Source: Cetorhinus maximus (taxonomy: Eukaryota). From it: 64,000 nt of DNA. Positions 63,041 through 64,000 of this stretch are shown one piece after another. The translations under genes and the position numbers were made by a program. The notes under the pieces are model-generated. The model saw nothing but the letters and a program-made list of their open reading frames with translations. It made no database searches and was not told the origin of the DNA. The stretch spans positions 23,188,001 to 23,252,000 of the forward strand of contig NC_135901.1 in NCBI RefSeq assembly GCF_964194155.1. Direction: 5' to 3'. Numbering within the stretch: the first letter of the stretch is position 1; each line of letters begins with the position of its first letter.

Positions 63041-63360
63041 GCAGAAACTGCTGAACTCGATGCTGAGTCTGGAAGGTTGTAAAGTGTCGAATCGAAAGAT
63101 GAGCTGCTGTTCCTTGAGCTCCCATTGAGCTTCAATGGAACAGTTCAGGAGGCCAAGGACAGAGAGATCAGAGTGGGAGTGGGGCAGAAAATTAAATTGA
63201 CAAGTGACCAGAAGCTCAGGGTCAAGCTCACAGAATGAACAGAGGTTGTTCCACAAAGTGATCGCCCAACCTGGGTTTGATCTTCCCAATGTAGAGCAGG
63301 CCACATGGTCAGCACTGAATACAGTAACTAAACTGAAAGCATTACAAGCAAATCACTGTT
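63040..63360 (-). mobile_element. Penelope GIY-YIG 3' fragment
   Basis: Aligns to 51490-51800 (LKEQQLIFRFDTLQP). Confidence 0.75.
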
Positions 63361-63419
63361 TGTTATAAGCCGAAGAAAGATACTTCATTTGAAGGGTAAG
63401 GGTTACAAAGTAAAATAAG

Positions 63420-63650
63420 CTGATTTCCCAAATATTAAACCTCCAGTCCAGTTACAAAGGTTATTAACATCAGCAGAAACAAACACAAAGTATCAGAATG
63501 AACATGGCTCAGTCCTGGATGTGATTAGCAGCAGAATCCAACCCCTGGAGTCAATGCTGAACTCGCTGGTGTGTCAGCCGGTTGGATGATGGATTAGATC
63601 CCTTCTCACACGTGGAGCAGGTGTCCGGTCTCTCCCCAGTGTGAACCCTG
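63420..63650 (-). pseudogene. ZNF terminal remnant (one finger + 3' UTR)
   Basis: [32 protein letters not shown] followed by the family 3' UTR. Confidence 0.75.
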
Positions 63651-63654
63651 CTGT

Positions 63655-64000
63655 GTGTCTTGGAGCTGATGGTTTTCCCCATGCACCAGCTGATCTTGTC
63701 TTTCCAGGTGGTAGGGGTTTGGGGGATTCTATCAAAATTCTGGTTGAAATGCATATCTATGAAATCCATCTCCTTTTCCCCTCCTACATCTCTCACTCTC
63801 TCTTCTCCCATAGAGGCCAGAGTCTTGTGTAGGCCCAGACTGGGTGGCAGCTTCCTTTCTGTGAATTACATTAGTGAACCAGTTGAGTTTTTAATGACAA
63901 TCCAGCAGGTTTCATGGTGACCTTTTCCTCGTGCCGGCCAGATTCATTCAGCTCAATTTCACAACCTGCCTTTGTGTTTTTGTCGGTTCTCTATCACAGT
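63655..64000 (+). other. Subfamily-B intron end preceding a ZNF exon predicted just beyond the window
   Basis: Colinear with 57900-58260 and the reverse complements of 16530-17220 and 38700-39030. Confidence 0.75.

Overview
This is eukaryotic, vertebrate DNA. The repeat families (esterase-type CR1 LINEs, Deu/SacSINE1-like SINEs, Penelope elements) point to a cartilaginous fish; the taxon is my inference. The window is part of a tandem C2H2 zinc-finger (ZNF) gene cluster undergoing birth-and-death evolution. It holds four apparently intact finger arrays (12.2, 16.0, 19.8, 23.6 kb), three disrupted ones (2.4, 38.0, 58.4 kb) and several fossil remnants. No KRAB/SCAN/BTB exon is recognisable. The genes are driven by duplicated CpG-island promoters carrying ZNF143-, NRF1- and YY1-like motifs. 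They are buried in nested retroelements: CR1, a second CR1/L2-group LINE with its partner SINE, L2, RTE, Penelope, a Gypsy-like LTR family and a hAT-like MITE. Highlights: (1) Penelope-derived short elements carrying minimal hammerhead ribozyme motifs, including a palindromic copy with a 13-bp target-site duplication; (2) an LTR family with a tRNA-Leu primer site, a 66-bp internal VNTR and a possible env-like remnant; (3) ZNFs that start translation at a linker-derived Met; (4) two large inverted segmental duplications. All alignments were done by eye, so repeat boundaries are approximate.
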